This document shows, piece by piece, positions 60,554 through 64,000 of a DNA stretch of 64,000 nt; the first letter of the stretch is position 1, and every line of letters begins with the position of its first letter. The stretch spans positions 620,001 to 684,000 of the forward strand of contig CP142731.1 in the NCBI GenBank assembly GCA_036630325.1, read 5' to 3'. The notes below the pieces were generated by a model. It did not search any database, was not told the origin of the DNA, and saw only the letters and a list, made by a program, of their open reading frames with translations. A program made the translations under genes and the position numbers. The DNA is from Vairimorpha necatrix (taxonomy: Eukaryota).

Positions 60554-61701
60554 GGTTAAATTGCGATGTTGCCCCCCCCCCCCCACACCTAAAAAAATAA
60601 AAAAAAGGGGAAAAAATAAAAAAAAGGGGGAAAAATGAAAAAAAAGGGGAAACAAAATTTATTCAATTAATTCAAAATCAAATTCGGGCGCTAAATCGTA
60701 ATTTAAAAATGATATATTATCAATCTCAAAAAAGCATAACATTCTTTCAAGTAGTGATTCTCTATAAATTAACTTAAAACGAGCTATATAAAGTTTTCGA
60801 ATGAGATTCATTAAAGAACCATGGCTTGTTCCTTCTTTGCGCAATTCCCTTTTAGTTACAGACCACATTCCCTCAATTGTTTGGGTGTGGGCGCCTGTTG
60901 TTGAATTTACAAAATTTTGGCTATGATTTACAGTTAAATGTAAATAGTTATAATCCGGATATAGTTCCGAAAACCCTTCATAACCCTGCCAACAATCAGT
61001 AATAATTGTAGATCCAGGTGCGATTTACCGTTTTATTAAATCGACAAGAGTAGTTCTTGATCGACTTTCAACACTTTCGAAAAATAAGAATTGCTGTCTC
61101 CTCGTACAACTCCACCAACGGCCCAAACTTGGTATTGAAGGATTCTACCGTTATGGTTTTTACTTTTAACAAGCAATGTCTCGTCTATTTCAACTACGCA
61201 ATTTAAACCTCCTATGGTTTTGTTTTGAAGGTAGTTGAAATAGGATAAGAATACAGCGTTATTAAAACGCGTAAACCAGCGAGATACGGTACTACTTCTA
61301 AATCCAATTCGATAGTAGCCGAAACATTGCTTACACCTTTAACCCATTCACACAGCAAAATGAAAAGATCTTCGATATCTAATCTAGAACTTTTAAAAAT
61401 GCTTTCTTTGTAAATGTTACCTTTGTTTGAGCATTTTCTCCAATTTCGTCGTAAGTAACAACGATATTTGTCCAAATTATTTCTAATTTTGGTCATGGGT
61501 GTCATGCACTTATTGTACATTGGTACCTTTAATATATTTTTTTCAAGAAGATATAAAAATAATTCTTCTTTTTTATATATTAATTTTCTAAAATTTTTTA
61601 TGTTCATTTTAGGGGCATAATTTTTCCCCTTTTTTTATTTTTCCCCTTTTTTTTATTTTTTTAGGGGTGGGGGGGGGGGGGGGCAACATCGCAATTTAAC
61701 C
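60554..61701 (-). mobile_element. Merlin transposon with long poly-C/G TIRs (pseudogenised)
   Basis: TIR ggttaaattgcgatgttgcccc...; TSD gatttaat; VEIDET, ITDCWQGY, VNHS, HTQTIEGMWS. Confidence 0.93.
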
Positions 61702-64000
61702 GATTTAATTTTCTATTTAAGTTTTGCTTAGATGTAATTTCTACTTTTTTAGAAACCATGATCTATTCTTTTTAAATTCACCCAGCACAGGTAGAAGTTT
61801 AAACAAAAAACAAGAAGAAGAACGAATCAAGTTGATAACGTTATAAAAAAAGAATGCATACGCTAGTGTACTTTTAAAATATTAAGAAAAAAAAATAATT
61901 AAAAATTAAAACAATAATACTGTTATGTCCTTTCATAACATAATTTTATTTTATTTATTTTATTTTCCCTCCAAGTTTTTAAAAAAAAATTATAAATAAA
62001 ATTTTAAGAAAGGAGGGCATGATGAATTTAGGAAACAACCGTAATCAAAATAATAAATATAATAGTAATAAAAACATTAAAAATATTAAACATAAAAAAG
62101 GCCTCATAGAGGCATATCTGAAAAATGGCCATGTCCCCATAGGACATCTCAAATACTTATATAAAAAAAATATGAAAATAACAAATTGAAAATTTATCCA
62201 GGATATTTCAAATTTTTTAAAAGGATGCAAAGGTCTTATTGAAGATGATGAAAGTCGAGTTGTACAAAGGGAATTAAAATACTAGTAACGGGAGTGTCTT
62301 ACACGATTATTGTTTTTATATGATGAATAATGACTACTCTATTCAAGAAAAACTTTATAATATGAGAAAATGCATAAATGTTATATGTAAATAGATATTG
62401 GAAGTCCAACATAAGGTTTTATGTTTGTCTGAACAATACAATGTAAATTGATCCTGTTTCTAAAACAAATATTTTTTTAAAAATAATCGAATCGGCTCTT
62501 TATGTCTAAAAAAAAATTAGATAAAAAAGATATTGCAGTTTTTTTTTTCGGAAAGATTTTTAACACGAACCACAAAAATCTGAACTCAAATAGGAAGTTT
62601 AAGCATCCTATTAAATGCCCGAAACCGATAGGGTGTTTATACAAACAACTATGTACATTCTGTCATTGTTTTTTACTTCTTCGTATTTCAATGAATTGAT
62701 ATGTTACACAAAAGCCAAATATCTATAATATAATTATCGACAATATAAAAATAATCCAGAAAAAAATTATAATTTATAATATAAAAATCCATACTTCATA
62801 TTCTACTATAATGTAACATATTGACGTATAAATTAAGAAGAGCACGAAGTTTACACATTTTATATGACGTATAATAATTTCGCATAAATGAAATTAATTA
62901 TAGTTTCAAATTAAGTATTAAATTTTTTTACGATAATAAAGACCTAAAAACATTTTGGATAGGGTTTAATCTAAATGAAAATAGAATCAGATTCTACTAG
63001 TGTTTTATTAGAAATCAAAACTCAGTTGTAAGTTCCGTATCTCATACATTGCGACAAAAAGATTAACGATACAATGATTTCTTTAAATATTGAAACCATA
63101 TTTAGTTGTCATTGTCTATAGCAAAATTAAATAAAGCTTATAGAAAACATATGAACTGTAAAATACGTAATATGTTATTGTTAAACACCACAGTATATAT
63201 GCTTTTGAACTGAAGCTAGAAGACTGCATTGAGACATGATACAGACAAGATACATAAAATGAATTTGGAACCCAGAGAAAATTTAGATAATAAAGTACGG
63301 AAGAAGAAATAAGCCATTGAGCCCGATTCTAGAGTTTTTTGGGTCGCTTCGCAAAAAACCCAAAGCCGTGAGACAATTCTCAATTGTATATTTTTTTATT
63401 TCACTAATCTAATGCAAAAATTATTTTCATATTTTTAATTTATAATCGTTATATTTATTTTATATTTATACGACTGTTTTTGATAAAAAATTTTTCTTTA
63501 TTAAATCAAGAGCCTATTTCTAAAAAAAATTATTGTTTTCTATTTTTAGACATAATAATGCATTTTGTTAATATTTTCTAAATTTTTTGTTAGAGACAAT
63601 ATATCTTGAGAGACACAAAGACGTTTGACAAATTCAGAAACATAATCTTAACAAGTTTTAAAGAAAGTTTTTACTAAACGAGGGGTACTTGTAAATATTG
63701 TTAATTACAGTCAAACTAAATAGATCCACAAGAGTTCAAATAATTGAATGTTATTTTTAAGTTTTTAAATAGTTTTAAAACATATATATCAATGAGAAAC
63801 TAAAAATTTTAGAAATATATGTTTTTTTATATATTCTTGCTGAAGTATACAATCAAATATCGACGAAACATATTTTTACAAGAAGAGATTTGTTTGCATG
63901 CATAAAGCATTAAAAACATTTTCAAAAAAGGATGAGATATCATAATAAAATATTTACAATTCCTGTAACAGCTACATCGATCTCCCATGTTAATATACAG

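Noticed and set aside
62090-62300. Possible mariner HTH remnant (LIEDDESR)
   Set aside because: No TIR or catalytic motifs
1568-62699. Many short F/I/L/S-rich ORFs in the ORF track
   Set aside because: Antisense shadows of transposon ORFs or chance ORFs in AT-rich DNA

Overview
AT-rich, intron-free, transposon-dominated eukaryotic DNA, almost certainly microsporidian. The evidence is an EnP1-like spore-wall gene and CCC/GGG motifs just upstream of many ATGs. Only two host genes are visible: a predicted signal-peptide/GPI-type surface protein (16479-17093, -) and an EnP1-family Cys-rich protein (57976-59412, +). Most other recognisable sequence is mobile DNA: Ty3/Gypsy LTR retrotransposons and solo LTRs, Merlin (IS1016-like) transposons and derivatives, two MULEs, an R4/Dong-like non-LTR element, a Ginger-like integrase, a tRNA-derived SINE and a Helitron end. 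The region 17312-55218 reads as one ~38 kb nest inside a single Gypsy element. Two LTR architectures stand out. (i) tRNA-primed mini-elements have 48-128 bp LTRs, and their in-frame gag ATG is formed by the LTR's last A plus the TG of the PBS. (ii) A group with no TGG PBS has a 12-14 bp palindrome in its place, hairpins at the LTR ends, and a conserved 17-aa Gag motif encoded in the LTR, suggesting tRNA-independent priming. All alignments were done by eye; no searches were run.
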